From contig OX337230.1 in the NCBI GenBank assembly GCA_946965045.2, positions 3,968,001 through 4,032,000 on the forward strand: DNA of 64,000 bases, given 5' to 3'. Origin of the DNA: Epithemia pelagica. Its lineage: Eukaryota; Protista; Bacillariophyta. The notes beneath the pieces are model-generated. The model was not told the origin of the DNA. It did not search any database and worked only from the letters and a program-made list of their open reading frames with translations. This document shows positions 1 through 11,754 of the stretch, piece by piece; positions within the stretch are counted from its first letter, which is position 1, and every line of letters begins with the position of its first letter. A program made the position numbers and the translations under genes.

Positions 1-256
1 AGTGAAAAACTATGTGTTCAATAAAGCTACGTTGTCCATAACTTTTGGACTATGGTGGATCAAAATGCTCCTAGAGAGAAGCGTAATGCCACCATGCGAT
101 AGTCGTTGAGTCGCAGCGATGGTGCGATCTCGCATGCAATTGCTCCAAACATTGAGGCAAAGACTTATCACGTGACGTTTCGACTATGTCACACGGGAGA
201 TTTATTGGTTGACCAACGCGTGCTAGTACCAACAACTTGGTCCATCATGTCGTTCT

Positions 257-3200
257 TCAAAGCCGCTCTCCAAATTGACCAAATTCTTTGGACAGATGTC
301 GAAGCTTGAGTACACCACCCCATTCCCGATACCATCGAAATGCTTCCTTCATGAAAGGAGTTCCATTCTCTTTATCGCCAACAGAGAGAAAGTATCTCCC
401 AGCTCGTTCGTTGGCCAGCGCAGTTTGCATGAGCATGCCCGCTTCCCGTGAGAGGGCCACGGCAGTCGTATATTTTTCCAATGTGGATGAGTGATCCCCT
501 TTTACAACCGCCAACTCTGCTTCCAGCAAGTACTGTGGTATCGCGCAGACTCGTGAGCCACAGCGCCAAATTCAATCCAGCTCTGCATAGTTTAGTGTCA
601 TATCAACGTACCTTTCTCCCCAGAAAATTAAGAGGGGAGTGTTTGGCCCACTGTGATATCCGTTTAATGTCTTTTTGGGCCTGTGCAATGTGTTCTCGAC
701 TGTCATGAAAGGATAAGTGGCCTATCGTTCAAATCGTCCACTCACAATTCCCATAACATGAATACTTACTTTGGTTTGGTCGTTGCGGCCAGAGCCAAGT
801 GTGTCAAAGCCCGAAAAAAGATGACACTATCCAACATGGAAAACAAGGTAACTGTCAAGTGAGCACCTAAAGTGTTCTACGAAAATCACCAACCACAAAG
901 AGTCCAGCACTTACATGGCTACATCCGAAGCCCCAAATGGATGCGACAAGAGAACATCACATCCTTTGGCTTCCATCAATGCTTGTTGATAATCCCCCAA
1001 CAAAAAGGACAAATTCATTCGATGAAAACTGCTCCAGGCATAGACGGTGGGAAGGCGCGCCATATCGTTGCTTGTTTCATCAAATATATCTCCAATTAGC
1101 TTTAGTGGGTTCCCCCGACCCCTTCCCATGTGATTGTTCAAAAACTGCCAATATGGATACATCATCTGTTATAGGGACATGGTGCATATCAGGACTAGTA
1201 TTAAGTGTCACGTTCTGGCTTTCTTTCAGGTTGACAAATCATTGCGTGGAGTCTTAATTCTACGTACCATGAGAGAAGTTTCTTCGGGACGAGAAAAGAT
1301 AATGAGGTTGACTGGTCAAATACAAGGTTCAACGTCCCTTTGTTTCAATAGTGAAGTACTCGAACGTACCTTGTCCATAAAACTTCATTCGATCTGCAAC
1401 TACCGAAATCTCTTGATCTAGGTCGTTGAGGGGTGTATAATCAAGCTGATTCCAAAACATGAGATTTGCATTGATCATGGCAAATTCAATATCACCTTTG
1501 GATCGATGATAAAAACACACAATCGTCAGAGGAACGAGTGCACAAGCCACAAGACTCTTTCCACTGTTGGAATTCTTCTACGTACCGCACTCCATCCCGA
1601 TTCGATACGCTTGTCGAAGGGGTTCCACCGATTCAAGCACTGGTCGTTTCCATCCATGAACACAGCCATAGAAGGCCGCCGAGACACGGCACAGCCAAGC
1701 CTTGGCGGCTGATTTTTCCAACAAGGTAATCGCAAGTTTCCCATACCGCTAGAATATCGCAATTGTAACACATCAAAGAGGCAGAGGAAGGTAAGACTAA
1801 AGGCACAAAAGGGAAGGAAGCAACAACAACCACAAGGTACTCACATATCCTTCATCAATATCATTTCCAATACCAGACAGAACCATTGCGTACACGCCAA
1901 AACCGACACAGGAAACAGCACAGACTCCCTTGGCCAAGGTAATTTCAATCATTTTGAAGCCAATAAAGGGTGCCAGTTCAATTTTGGAGAGAAAGGCATA
2001 GACAAAGAGTAAATTGAGCATATGCATGGCGGCAATTGTGGATGGTTCTTGAAGAACGGGCAACCGTAGCAAGGATTCATTGCTCTTGCCTCGCAAGAGT
2101 TTGGTCGTTTTGGCAAGGCCCCTGTCGACATCCTGAAGCGTTAATTTGGCCGGAAACTCAACGCCCAATTTTTGCAAGACATTGAGTCCCCGATCAATGG
2201 CTTCTTGCATTTTTCCACTGCTCCCCAATGCATACACATTGGTAGCCTGTGCTGATAATTTGTCATTGAAATTTTGCGCCTTGTCCAATATTGTTTCCAC
2301 AAGTTGAAAAACGGAATCAAAATTCGCCGTGCCTATACCATTCGAACAAGAGCAAACCATGTGAGAGATAGTGAGACAAGATGGCCACCCCCATCAACTA
2401 GCTGCTTGAGCTCTTACAGTAGGCTACTTCGGCGGCAAAATTGTGCAAACTCAAACAGAGTTGATAATCCGTCTCCCATCCTTGTCCTCCCAGCAGTTCA
2501 ATACCTTGCATGAGATAGGTGTAGGCCGTGCTAAAACTGGATTGTCGCATGGCGCGGACTCCGGCTTGCAAACAAAGTTTGGACACGGCACTACATTCGC
2601 GTGGATTGGAGAGAATTTGGGATTTGCCCAAGAGCAATTGTCCGACAATGACGTAGATACTATTGTTGTTCAACAAGTCGTCGGCTGGATACGCCTTCCA
2701 CAATCGTCGTCCCACCGTGTAATGAAAGCGTTCCCGGTCCTGAATTGGAATGAGATTGTACACGACATCTTTAATTCCATCGTGTGCAAAGGCAAACGAA
2801 TTGGTCGATGGAGAAAAGACGACAATCCCACGATCGGTGGCTTCGACCAAGAGTTTGAGAATGGGAGACTCCATGAGATAGCCCAAGGAATCTTGATGCA
2901 ATTTGGTTCCCAAACAGGCTGCTAGCTTCAACAGATTTTTCGTTTCGGAACTGAGCGAACCGATTCGTTTTTGAACCAAATCGCGAATTCCATCAAATTC
3001 GATCCGAATTTCTTCCTCGTCCCACATCCATTCTTGTTTCGTCTTGTCGTACCACAACAACTTTTCTTCTCGCATGAGACGCAACAACTCCGTAATAAAG
3101 AAAATATTGCCCTTGGTTTGACCATGCACCACGGCAGTCAAGGACTGCGTTTGTTGTTCGGTGGTATGCAAGAGTTGCGACAAGACGATATTGGTGGTTT

Positions 3201-4455
3201 GGGCGGTAAAGGCTTGCAAAGAGATTTTCAAGAGATGAACAGACCGTCCCAAACAGGACAATTGTTTTTCAATCAAACTGGTATCGGCGTCGTCTCGGAC
3301 AGTACACAGGAAGAGAACACCACGTCGGCGTCCATGAGACGACGACGAAAGAGGAGCATCGTTGATGAGAGACCACACCAAATCGAGGGAGGATTCATCG
3401 GCCCAATGCAAGTCATCCAGAAACAAGACCAGGGGACGTTCCGGACAGGCCACAGCTTGAACAAACAAGCGCAACAAATTCTTGAACCGGTTGATTGCTT
3501 CACTCCCTCCATTTTCCATGGTTGCTGTTGCCGTGGCATCGGGGACCGCATCGGTCGACTCGGGTGCATCGTTGGCATCGACACCGTGCAAGAGTTGATG
3601 CAATTCGGGAATACGTCTGATCAAGCGCGGTGCTTCACTCCCCAATGCCTCCCATATTTTATCTCGTACATGTTGTTGAATGGCTGGACTTTGCTCCAAG
3701 ACTTGAGTGCAAAAACTGCCAAAGGCGATGGAAACGGCATCGTGAGGTTTCGGACCTTGCTCAAATTTGCCGGCACAAAAATATCCTCCATCGACCGTCA
3801 CCGTGTCTCGGAGGGACTGTGCCAAGCAGGTTTTGCCAATTCCAGTCACACCATGAATCATGACGAGTGGAGTTGTGGTAGATGTTGAATGATTGTTGCT
3901 GTTGCTAGAATGGTCCTTGTTGTGATGGTGATTTTCTTCGATGTCGTCATCCTGCCTTCTGATGGATTGATAGGCTTGAAACAAGAGTTTTCCTTCCTCT
4001 TCTCGACAGAGAACTTTGTCGGTCAACAAGGGAATGTCTCGGGTTGCCACACTGGTCGTCGTTGCATCACCGTCACCACCATGATGATGATTGACCATGC
4101 TTGGGCCTTGAGAAAGGGACGACATGTCTACCGCTGTCGTCGTGGTGGAACCCATGGACGGAAGAGTGACAGTAGAGACCGTCAATTGTCCAACAGTCGT
4201 TTCTCGCTTATTTGTTGGAGTCGGATTGTTGTTGTTGCTTGACGGGGAATGATTGTTGTTGTTTTCGGTGGTGGTTTCGACAGTAGTAATAGCCAGTGAT
4301 GGATTCCTCTCATCGTTCGTCACTGGTGGAACGGCTTCTTCGGGCAGCGAAATCATGGCATCTCGGCTGGGAATGACAGCCACGGGTGGTGGTGGTGGTA
4401 GTGGATCCACGCTGTTGGTGTGGGACGACGGCAGTTCGTCAACAACAAAGGACAT
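257..4455 (-). CDS. STAND/AAA_16-type P-loop NTPase with C-terminal helical (TPR-like) region, about 9 exons
   Basis: Walker A GVTGIGKT, GKFEQ motif and Walker B LVLFLDDLHWAD in 2398..4455. Downstream ORF pieces join through GT-AG introns (e.g. about 2333-2416, 1282-1369, 1166-1267) into one frame ending LLEAELA...ANERAGRYF...WYREWGG. Resembles the NTPase+TPR module of bacterial multi-sensor kinases and cyclases. Confidence 0.8.
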
Positions 4456-4729
4456 GGTCGTTCATGGTCAACGTAAGAGAGGCTATGTATTGCTCTTTAA
4501 TTTATGCGGTTAGAGGCAAGGTAGCTTTTGGTACTGCGCGCGCGCGCGGCGTCACCCAGTCGTGGATTCTTGGAGGTTCCGTGAGCGAAAAGATCGACGG
4601 TCAGACGCGCAGGATTTTCGCATCTCCCAAAATTTAAAATTTCAATTGCTTCGCCCCGTAATACAAGGGGCTTTCCTGATACTTCGGGGGGCTCACTCAA
4701 AGTTTGTGATGGCTCTCAGAGTTTGGACC

Positions 4730-6162
4730 ATGGCCGGTTCCGACAAACCCAAATCGACAACAACGACCACAACCTCCAAGCGGAAACACCATGCGTCGTC
4801 GTCATCCACTGCCAATGCCACTTCCGCAGTGTCGTCTGCTCATACTAGCAATACAACATCGATTTTGGCTTTGGTGGTCGATGTGACACCCCTGGCCTGG
4901 GGGGAACGCGATGTTCAACGATCGGCCCAAGACAAGGCTCGCTTTGCGGCGGGCAAACGCAGTCGAGGACCCTGTACCTTGGAAGAACTCTTGACCAGTC
5001 TCCAAGCCTTTGTTGCGGCCTTTACCTCCTTGTACGTAAAAGAGAGAGAGAGAAATTCCAAACCGAAACGAAACGAAATGAAATTTGCTTTGGATGGAGT
5101 TGTTGCTTCCATTTATGGCGTCCTGATGGATTCTCATGAGTGTTATATTCTTGCGGTGTTGTGTTCTGTTTTCACAGAGAACGCCAGGCTGTCTTGTTGA
5201 TTTTGGGTGTGGCCGATCAAGAATCCGCCCTCTTGTATCCTCGCAAGGATGCCTTGCAACAATGGTTGGATCATCCGGAATCCTATTGTCCAGCCGTTCA
5301 AGAGATTCCCGAACAATTATTGACGGGTGTCGCCACCTTGCTCTCTCGTGCCTCGCAAAAAGCCTCGGCTCAACAACAACAAGCACAACAACAAGAGGAG
5401 GACGGATCCAACAACAACCGTCACAACAATGGTACTGCCAATCAAAATGCCCGACAAGGTGCCATTGCTTCGGCTGTATCGCGAGCGCTTTGTATTTTAA
5501 ATCGCATCATGGTGGCGACCGAGGCGGGAGGAGGTATTAGTGCCTTGCATTCCACTCATTATTTGCAACGGACCGAAGATGAGGGCGTCGTGGCGCTCAT
5601 GGGGAATAATAACAAGCGTTCCAAAAAGAGCGATTCGTCCCATACGAATAAATCGGCCTCTTGGTCGCCACGAATTCTCATTGTCCAAGCCTCGGAAGAT
5701 CGTCCGCGTGATTACAATGCCATGATGAATTGTGCCTTTTGCGCCAGTCAACAAAAGGTGGTGATCGATGCATGCTTTTTGAAAACGGATGCTCCCCACC
5801 GTGCCGATTCCTCACCCTTTTTGGAGCAAGTCTGCGATTTGACCAATGGCGTCTACTTGGCGCCGTCGGGAGCCGCCCAAGTCGGTGGTGCCTTGACCGA
5901 AGTTTTGGTCTCTGTCTTTTTGCCCGGTGTCGAGTGTCGACCCAACTTGCAATTGCCGGGAATCAACAAGGTGGATTTCCGGGCACGGTGTTTTGAAACG
6001 GCGGAAATGGTCGATTTGGCTTGGGTCTGCAATCAATGCTTGTCCATTTTTGCCACCAATCCATCCACGCAACAAACCGAACCCCAGTGTCCCACGTGTG
6101 GAGCTCGAATCCGCCAATCTTCCGCCGGGGCAACGACGACTAACCTGCTCAAACACAAGTGA
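4730..6162 (+). CDS. TFB4: TFIIH subunit p34/Tfb4 (vWA domain + C-terminal zinc finger), 2 exons
   Basis: LALVVDVTPLAW, RILIVQASED..YNAMMNCAF...IDAC, LEQVCDLTNGVYL, VDFRARCF...VCNQCLSIF...CPTC. Intron 5032-5177 (GTACGT...CACAG) joins the two ORFs in frame. Confidence 0.92.
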
Positions 6163-6576
6163 GAAAAGGCATGTGTGTGGGCCCACGGTTTGGAAGACGC
6201 ATCACATTACATGGCATCCTATATCATTCCTGACGACGACATGGCTCTGTCGGAATCTCCTTTACCAATACTACGACAAAAGATCATGGTAGCTTCTTTG
6301 GAGACACACAAGTGCATAACAACAGGGGCTTGGTCTGCCCTCATTGCTCAACAGTTCGATCTGCTAAACTTCGTCCGCCTCTTGGGATAAGTTCGTCAGG
6401 CTCTTTTAGGATACAAGTATATTGTATGTTAGCACTAATTTACATGAAAACTTAACTTGTTTTGATCCATCTCAACCAATTCGCTTGTGCAAGCAGGTCT
6501 AGTACGATATGGTACACCGATGCCAAGAAAGCACTGCGAGGCCACCTTTAACTGTGGGCGTGGTGCTTCATCTGGA

Positions 6577-9500
6577 TCAGAGGGGTGGTTCTGGAGGTAT
6601 CATTGCCTTGGGAGCGACCTTGTCTCTCCTGGGTTTTGGCCACGAAGCTGGTTCAAGAGGTCCCTTGTTTCCTCCTTTTTTGGATGATTTGGCCTCTCGT
6701 TTCGTTGTCTTGGGAGTTGATCGAACCTTGCTTGGACTGCTGTCTTGTATGGCATTTGATCTACTGCGAGGAGCCGATTCTGGTCGCTCATTTTTCTTGG
6801 GCACTCTTGGTTTCACCTCGGTCGACGCACCACCAGGTTGATAAACTTCCGAAGTTGTATCACTGGTGGGAATGTCCTTTTCTGATCGGATGCCCTCGCC
6901 ATCTCTCTGATTCCTTCCTGTTGTACCCATTAATTTCTTTGGGCTGTGATTGGAACCTTTTGAATTGGACTTTTCCGAAGGTAGACTCCCGGTGGAGTTT
7001 CTCTTTTTCATTTTGTTCCGGTATTCCGTCGACGCTACAGACTTATCCGTCCGACCAATGGACTGCTCCAAGCGGAGCTTTTCCATCAAAATCTGAAATT
7101 CGACCCATGTGGCACCTCCCTTCTCGGTGGTGGAAGGAGAATCCCGTCGCTTTTGTCTTTCACGGGAACGTGACCTCGAACGCGACGATCCCGGTGCGGA
7201 AGCATTGCTCGACATCTTTTTCGGAGATTTACTTTTGGGACGATTATTCTTTTGCATGAACTTGCGGAGTCCCGTGTCATTGGTGCTTCTCAAAGCACCT
7301 TCCTCTCCTAGTTTTGGTTCATTTGCACGACGCAGCAGGTTTTCGGACAGGCTGACGACACTCCGCTCTTCGTCTCTGGGTAACTCGATATGATCCAAGG
7401 AAGCAGCTTTTTGCCTTTTCTTCTTTTTCTTTTTCAATGGACGACCACTCTGTTTTGCTTCTATGGCAAACCGCTTTAGCTCATCAACAACCTCACGTTT
7501 AGTTTGTCTTTCAATGTCTGGTATGTCCGGTTTGTTTTCTTTTGCTTCTTCGTTACTGAACTCGGGCGTTGAGCGTTCACGAGTGTTAAAGGACCTCCTG
7601 TCGTGTCGAGCATCAGTATGTTGTGCAACACGATCACAAGTCGTCTTTTCAATAACAGAGTCATCATTGCGGCTTTCCAATTGCTCAGTTTTCTTGGTAC
7701 TATCCAAAGCCAATCCAGCATGATGACGCGGTTGTAGGGTGTTGTCCAATCCTTCGGATCCACTGATGGTACCTGTACGCTTGCCGTTGCCAACTGTTTC
7801 GCGTTGAGGCTCGGCGTTTGGAACAATGTCTTCTTTCTTCTCTACTGAAGTGTTTGTGTTGCCATTTCTCATCACTCCTCCTGATCCCCTTCTCTCTCGT
7901 CCCCTTTGTTTGATACTCTCTACAACCTTCTTTTTTGTGTCTTCAGCAACTTTGGTCATACTAGCGCTCTTCCTCAGATCTTTCCTTTTATCTCTTGGTT
8001 CATGAGACTGAAGGTGTGATGTGTTAAGATCAGACACTTCCTTCTCTGAGCGTTTTGTTTTCCCATTCATTTTAGCATTCATTGAATGGACCGAACTTCC
8101 AATATGGTTCAAGCTCGAGGCTTTCTCCAAGCTTCTTCTTTTGGCTTTCCCAATTTTCAACTTATCCGGAGAGTCTTTTTGCTCGATGTTTTCGTCGTCT
8201 GTTTTGTTGTTGTTCGGAATAGTGGGTTGTATAAGATCTACAGGATCACCCGAACTGCCCACTCGACGGTGACTTGTTGACTTCTCCATACTCCCCCTTT
8301 TCAGCACCACATCTTTGGATTCCTCTGGAGATATGAGATCTACAGGATCACCCGAACTGCCCACTCGACGGTGACTTGTTGACTTCTCCATACTCCCCCT
8401 TTTCAGCACCACATATTTGGATTTCTCTGGAGATTGTTGATGCTCCGAGTTCTCGTTCTGATCGCCCGATCCAGCATCACTTGTGGCACCGATGTCTTCT
8501 TTGAGATCAATTCTGACTTCACTGGAGCTTCCAACTCGACGATGGCTTGTGGATTTCTTCATGACTCTACGTTTGCTGCCACCTTCAACAAATAAGCCGC
8601 GAGAAGCTGTTGACGATGTAGAATCATCCATAGTCTTGTTGTGTCCTTGAGAAGAGAGTCGGTTGTTCGTACTCGTCGGCTCATGCTTTTGATCTACCAG
8701 CGTAACTTTCTCAACTTTATGCATGCTTGAGGATCTCTTCCCGTTCTTCTTCTTCCCGATCATCTCATTCGATTTACCTAGGGCATCCTTCGACTTGCTA
8801 GATGAAATGGTCTCATCAAGATTGTCGACTTTTCTGTCATATTCTTCAACGAACTTTTCTTCGCCGTTTGTCGGGTGGTCTGACGTTTCTCCATCCTCAC
8901 TTGATCTCTCCGTTTTCTGCAACCCAGTTCGCGGTTTTGAATTTTTCCTCTTGCCAACTCCGTCCTTCGGTTTACTATGTGAAACTTTCATTTCTTGGTC
9001 TTTTTTGTTACTGTCACCTGTCAGCGGCCGTTGTGTATGTACCGAGTGACTCGAATTTTCAGGACCTTTTCGGCCTCTGCCGGTGCTGTCGTCGGAAGCT
9101 CTCCGGCTCAATGTTGGATTCGTGGTAGCATGAGCCGAACCAGAAAATTTGGGTAAACTTGAAGAGTTCTTCGGCTGTGAATGTTGGGAAGTATGACCCT
9201 CCTCCAATGCTATTTCTTCCGAAGCGGGGCTTGTACTATCCTCTGTGGATGACGCGTCTTTACGACCAGATGCACTACCACTTTGAAGACTGGCTGCCGT
9301 CTTTTTCATATCCTTTCGTTTGGGAGAAACTCCGTCGTTCGTTGTTACAGAACGAGACTGGTTTGACTTGGTCGCATCTTGGAGCTTTTCACCGTTACTA
9401 TCTTCCGAACCTCGGCGAAATGCGGATTTCGTCTTGGAATTGGAAGATGATTCACTGGTGGTTGTCAGTTTATGCATACTCGAAGATTTCTTGAGATTCA

Positions 9501-11754
9501 CTTCCATGGAGTTGTTGGTACTAGCGGCCTGAGAGTTAAGGTCTTCGCTGTCGCCACCGTTCACATTCAATGACGAAGGACCCGCCTTTTTCAAGTCGAT
9601 AGCTTCTTGTCGCAAGATGTCGATTCTCCTAGTGTTGTCCACCGACCCCTTTCGCGTTCGTTTGGATGTCTTGTTTGTGCTTTCGGATGATTCGGTTGTG
9701 TTGGTAAGTTTGTGGTTGCTGGAAGATTTCTTCAGTTGCGCTTTCTTGTCGTTGTGACTAGTAGCATGTTCTGATTTACTCTGTTCCATCCTTCTGCTAC
9801 TGGCCTCATTTATTATTATGGCTGTGGGACTTTCACCTTCGGATTCACCGTGCAAAGACTTTCTCAAGTTTCGTTTGGGACTACCAGGTTCAGAAGACTC
9901 TGTTTTGTGGGTTTTGCTCGAACTGTCTTCCGAACCTTTTCGTCGAGGTTTGGCATTTGTTTTTGAGTTGGCAGACGAACCAGTTAACTTTGGTACACTC
10001 TGCGATTTCTTGAGGTTTAATCTCTTGGAGCTGTTTCCGGCAGCTGCAATAGCAGCTTTTGTGGTGGAATCACTGGATTCGTTGGAATTGGAGCTGGATT
10101 TTCGAGACTTTTTCGAGTCCTTCTTGTTGGCCACCTTCTTTTTGCCAGTCTCGCCATTCTTGGTATCGTTTTTGGATGTTTTGTTTGATGGCATGGAGGT
10201 GGTAAAGCCGGTGCAAATTTGAAGAATGGAGGGAATTTTGCGGGACGAGGCGGTCGAAGAGGCCGATGATCCTCGAGACAAATCATCATCTCCTCCGTCC
10301 CCTTGATGTTTCCGTCGCGCCGACAAAAAAGATGCCAAACTACTATCATCATCCAAAAAGAAATGCGAAGGTTTTTGTTTCTTGGGACGGATTCGAGGAG
10401 GACTCGACAAGAGCGCAACATCCGCAGCATCTCCCTCGTCACCCGACGAGTCTCTGTTCCCATCACCCTCCTTATTGCTCCTATTGTTATTTGGTCCATG
10501 TTCGTTTCCAAGTGTCGATGCGGCTTGCAAGAGTTGACTAATGACCGAGGATCCTGCACTGGAGCCGGAAAAGGCGGCTTCAATCCCTCGTGGAAAATCG
10601 GCAGCAGCCGCTGCCGCCAAGGCTCGACGATTGTCGGCCCCTGCCAAACCTTCGGCGTAACTTCCCGATCGTCGTCGTTGAACCTTTCGAGGAGGTGTCG
10701 AAAAGACAGAAGCAACGGCCGATGAGAGGGGTGTTGTCGTGTCTCTTGTGGTTGTCGTCGTCAAGGTTCGAGGAGCATTGGTATTAGTTCGGGAAGGAAT
10801 GGTACTGACGGCCGCCGCAACCGTCGGTGTAAACAACAATTCATCTTCTTCGTCGTTGTCACTCAAATCACCCATCCCTCCAAACACTCCCAAGGAAGGC
10901 ATGGAGGCTGTACGAATATAAATTCGTTGTCGTCTCGGTCGGGGCCGAGCTGCTGCCGATGCCGTCGACGACACTGTCGCAGAAGGTTTGTGATGGTTGG
11001 ACGACGACGACGACAACAACTTGGGTTTGGTTGGTTCATTGGATGGTTTATTGGAGGAGGAAGCATCCGATGGAGAACCTTTTTCGACGTTGGGTTTGAA
11101 AGTCGTTTCTGCTTCTCCTTCTTTTGCTACCAAATTTTGTTCCAGAGATGTTTTTTCTTGTGATGGATTCTCTTCCGTTGTCGTTTGACTGGAGGGTTTG
11201 GTAGTATTTTCTTCTTTGTTGTTGTTGTTGTGCTGTGCAGTGTTGCGTTTGGGGGGAGAATCTTCGGACAAGGCTTGGCTATAGGCTCGTTTCAAGAGTT
11301 CTTCCGTCAAGGCAATTCGTGTCGATGCCGGTGACATGGATCGTAATTTCTTGGCATTTTGAAAGGAGGCACTTCGCAACACCTTGTTTTGACTTGCCGG
11401 TGCTCGATCGGAATGACGGGCCTTGTGAGGCCGTGAGGGACCTGGACTTTGCAAACTCAGTAGTTTTTCATGGGCGGCTTCGTACCGTCCCGGTGCCAAC
11501 ACCACGACGCCGGGAGACTCGCTGCGTTTGACACTTGGCATTCCATTCTTGCTGCTACTAGGAGTGTTGTGGTTGTTTTGTGCCGATTTTTCCTTGGGCC
11601 GTAATGCCAAGGAGGATGAGGAGGGTGATTGTGGCTCCTCTTTGACTTGCTCCAGTGGCTGCGTAGGTTGTAGCATGGGTTGCTCTTGGTCCTCCGAGGG
11701 CGAAACTGGATCCGTCTTTTGAATCATTCTTGGCGGCTGGTCTCGTGTCTGCAT
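6577..11754 (-). CDS. Large intronless S/K/R/T-rich, probably intrinsically disordered protein (1725 aa), function unknown
   Basis: Uninterrupted 5.2-kb ORF of low complexity; no recognisable folded domain. Confidence 0.75.
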   Translation of the reverse strand: MQTRDQPPRMIQKTDPVSPSEDQEQPMLQPTQPLEQVKEEPQSPSSSSLALRPKEKSAQNNHNTPSSSKNGMPSVKRSESPGVVVLAPGRYEAAHEKLLSLQSPGPSRPHKARHSDRAPASQNKVLRSASFQNAKKLRSMSPASTRIALTEELLKRAYSQALSEDSPPKRNTAQHNNNNKEENTTKPSSQTTTEENPSQEKTSLEQNLVAKEGEAETTFKPNVEKGSPSDASSSNKPSNEPTKPKLLSSSSSNHHKPSATVSSTASAAARPRPRRQRIYIRTASMPSLGVFGGMGDLSDNDEEDELLFTPTVAAAVSTIPSRTNTNAPRTLTTTTTRDTTTPLSSAVASVFSTPPRKVQRRRSGSYAEGLAGADNRRALAAAAAADFPRGIEAAFSGSSAGSSVISQLLQAASTLGNEHGPNNNRSNKEGDGNRDSSGDEGDAADVALLSSPPRIRPKKQKPSHFFLDDDSSLASFLSARRKHQGDGGDDDLSRGSSASSTASSRKIPSILQICTGFTTSMPSNKTSKNDTKNGETGKKKVANKKDSKKSRKSSSNSNESSDSTTKAAIAAAGNSSKRLNLKKSQSVPKLTGSSANSKTNAKPRRKGSEDSSSKTHKTESSEPGSPKRNLRKSLHGESEGESPTAIIINEASSRRMEQSKSEHATSHNDKKAQLKKSSSNHKLTNTTESSESTNKTSKRTRKGSVDNTRRIDILRQEAIDLKKAGPSSLNVNGGDSEDLNSQAASTNNSMEVNLKKSSSMHKLTTTSESSSNSKTKSAFRRGSEDSNGEKLQDATKSNQSRSVTTNDGVSPKRKDMKKTAASLQSGSASGRKDASSTEDSTSPASEEIALEEGHTSQHSQPKNSSSLPKFSGSAHATTNPTLSRRASDDSTGRGRKGPENSSHSVHTQRPLTGDSNKKDQEMKVSHSKPKDGVGKRKNSKPRTGLQKTERSSEDGETSDHPTNGEEKFVEEYDRKVDNLDETISSSKSKDALGKSNEMIGKKKNGKRSSSMHKVEKVTLVDQKHEPTSTNNRLSSQGHNKTMDDSTSSTASRGLFVEGGSKRRVMKKSTSHRRVGSSSEVRIDLKEDIGATSDAGSGDQNENSEHQQSPEKSKYVVLKRGSMEKSTSHRRVGSSGDPVDLISPEESKDVVLKRGSMEKSTSHRRVGSSGDPVDLIQPTIPNNNKTDDENIEQKDSPDKLKIGKAKRRSLEKASSLNHIGSSVHSMNAKMNGKTKRSEKEVSDLNTSHLQSHEPRDKRKDLRKSASMTKVAEDTKKKVVESIKQRGRERRGSGGVMRNGNTNTSVEKKEDIVPNAEPQRETVGNGKRTGTISGSEGLDNTLQPRHHAGLALDSTKKTEQLESRNDDSVIEKTTCDRVAQHTDARHDRRSFNTRERSTPEFSNEEAKENKPDIPDIERQTKREVVDELKRFAIEAKQSGRPLKKKKKKRQKAASLDHIELPRDEERSVVSLSENLLRRANEPKLGEEGALRSTNDTGLRKFMQKNNRPKSKSPKKMSSNASAPGSSRSRSRSRERQKRRDSPSTTEKGGATWVEFQILMEKLRLEQSIGRTDKSVASTEYRNKMKKRNSTGSLPSEKSNSKGSNHSPKKLMGTTGRNQRDGEGIRSEKDIPTSDTTSEVYQPGGASTEVKPRVPKKNERPESAPRSRSNAIQDSSPSKVRSTPKTTKREAKSSKKGGNKGPLEPASWPKPRRDKVAPKAMIPPEPPL
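8234..8433. repeat. 102-bp near-perfect tandem duplication within the CDS (34 aa, VVLKRGSMEKSTSHRRVGSSGDPVDL core)
   Basis: AGATCTACAGGATCACCCGAACTGCCC... occurs at 8234 and 8336. Confidence 0.95.

Noticed and set aside
2971-3888. Long antisense or alternative-frame ORFs (also 13478..14782, 18024..18773, 61529..62299, 62879..63877)
   Set aside because: They overlap well-supported genes on the opposite strand, have no recognisable motifs, and are expected shadows of GC-rich coding DNA.
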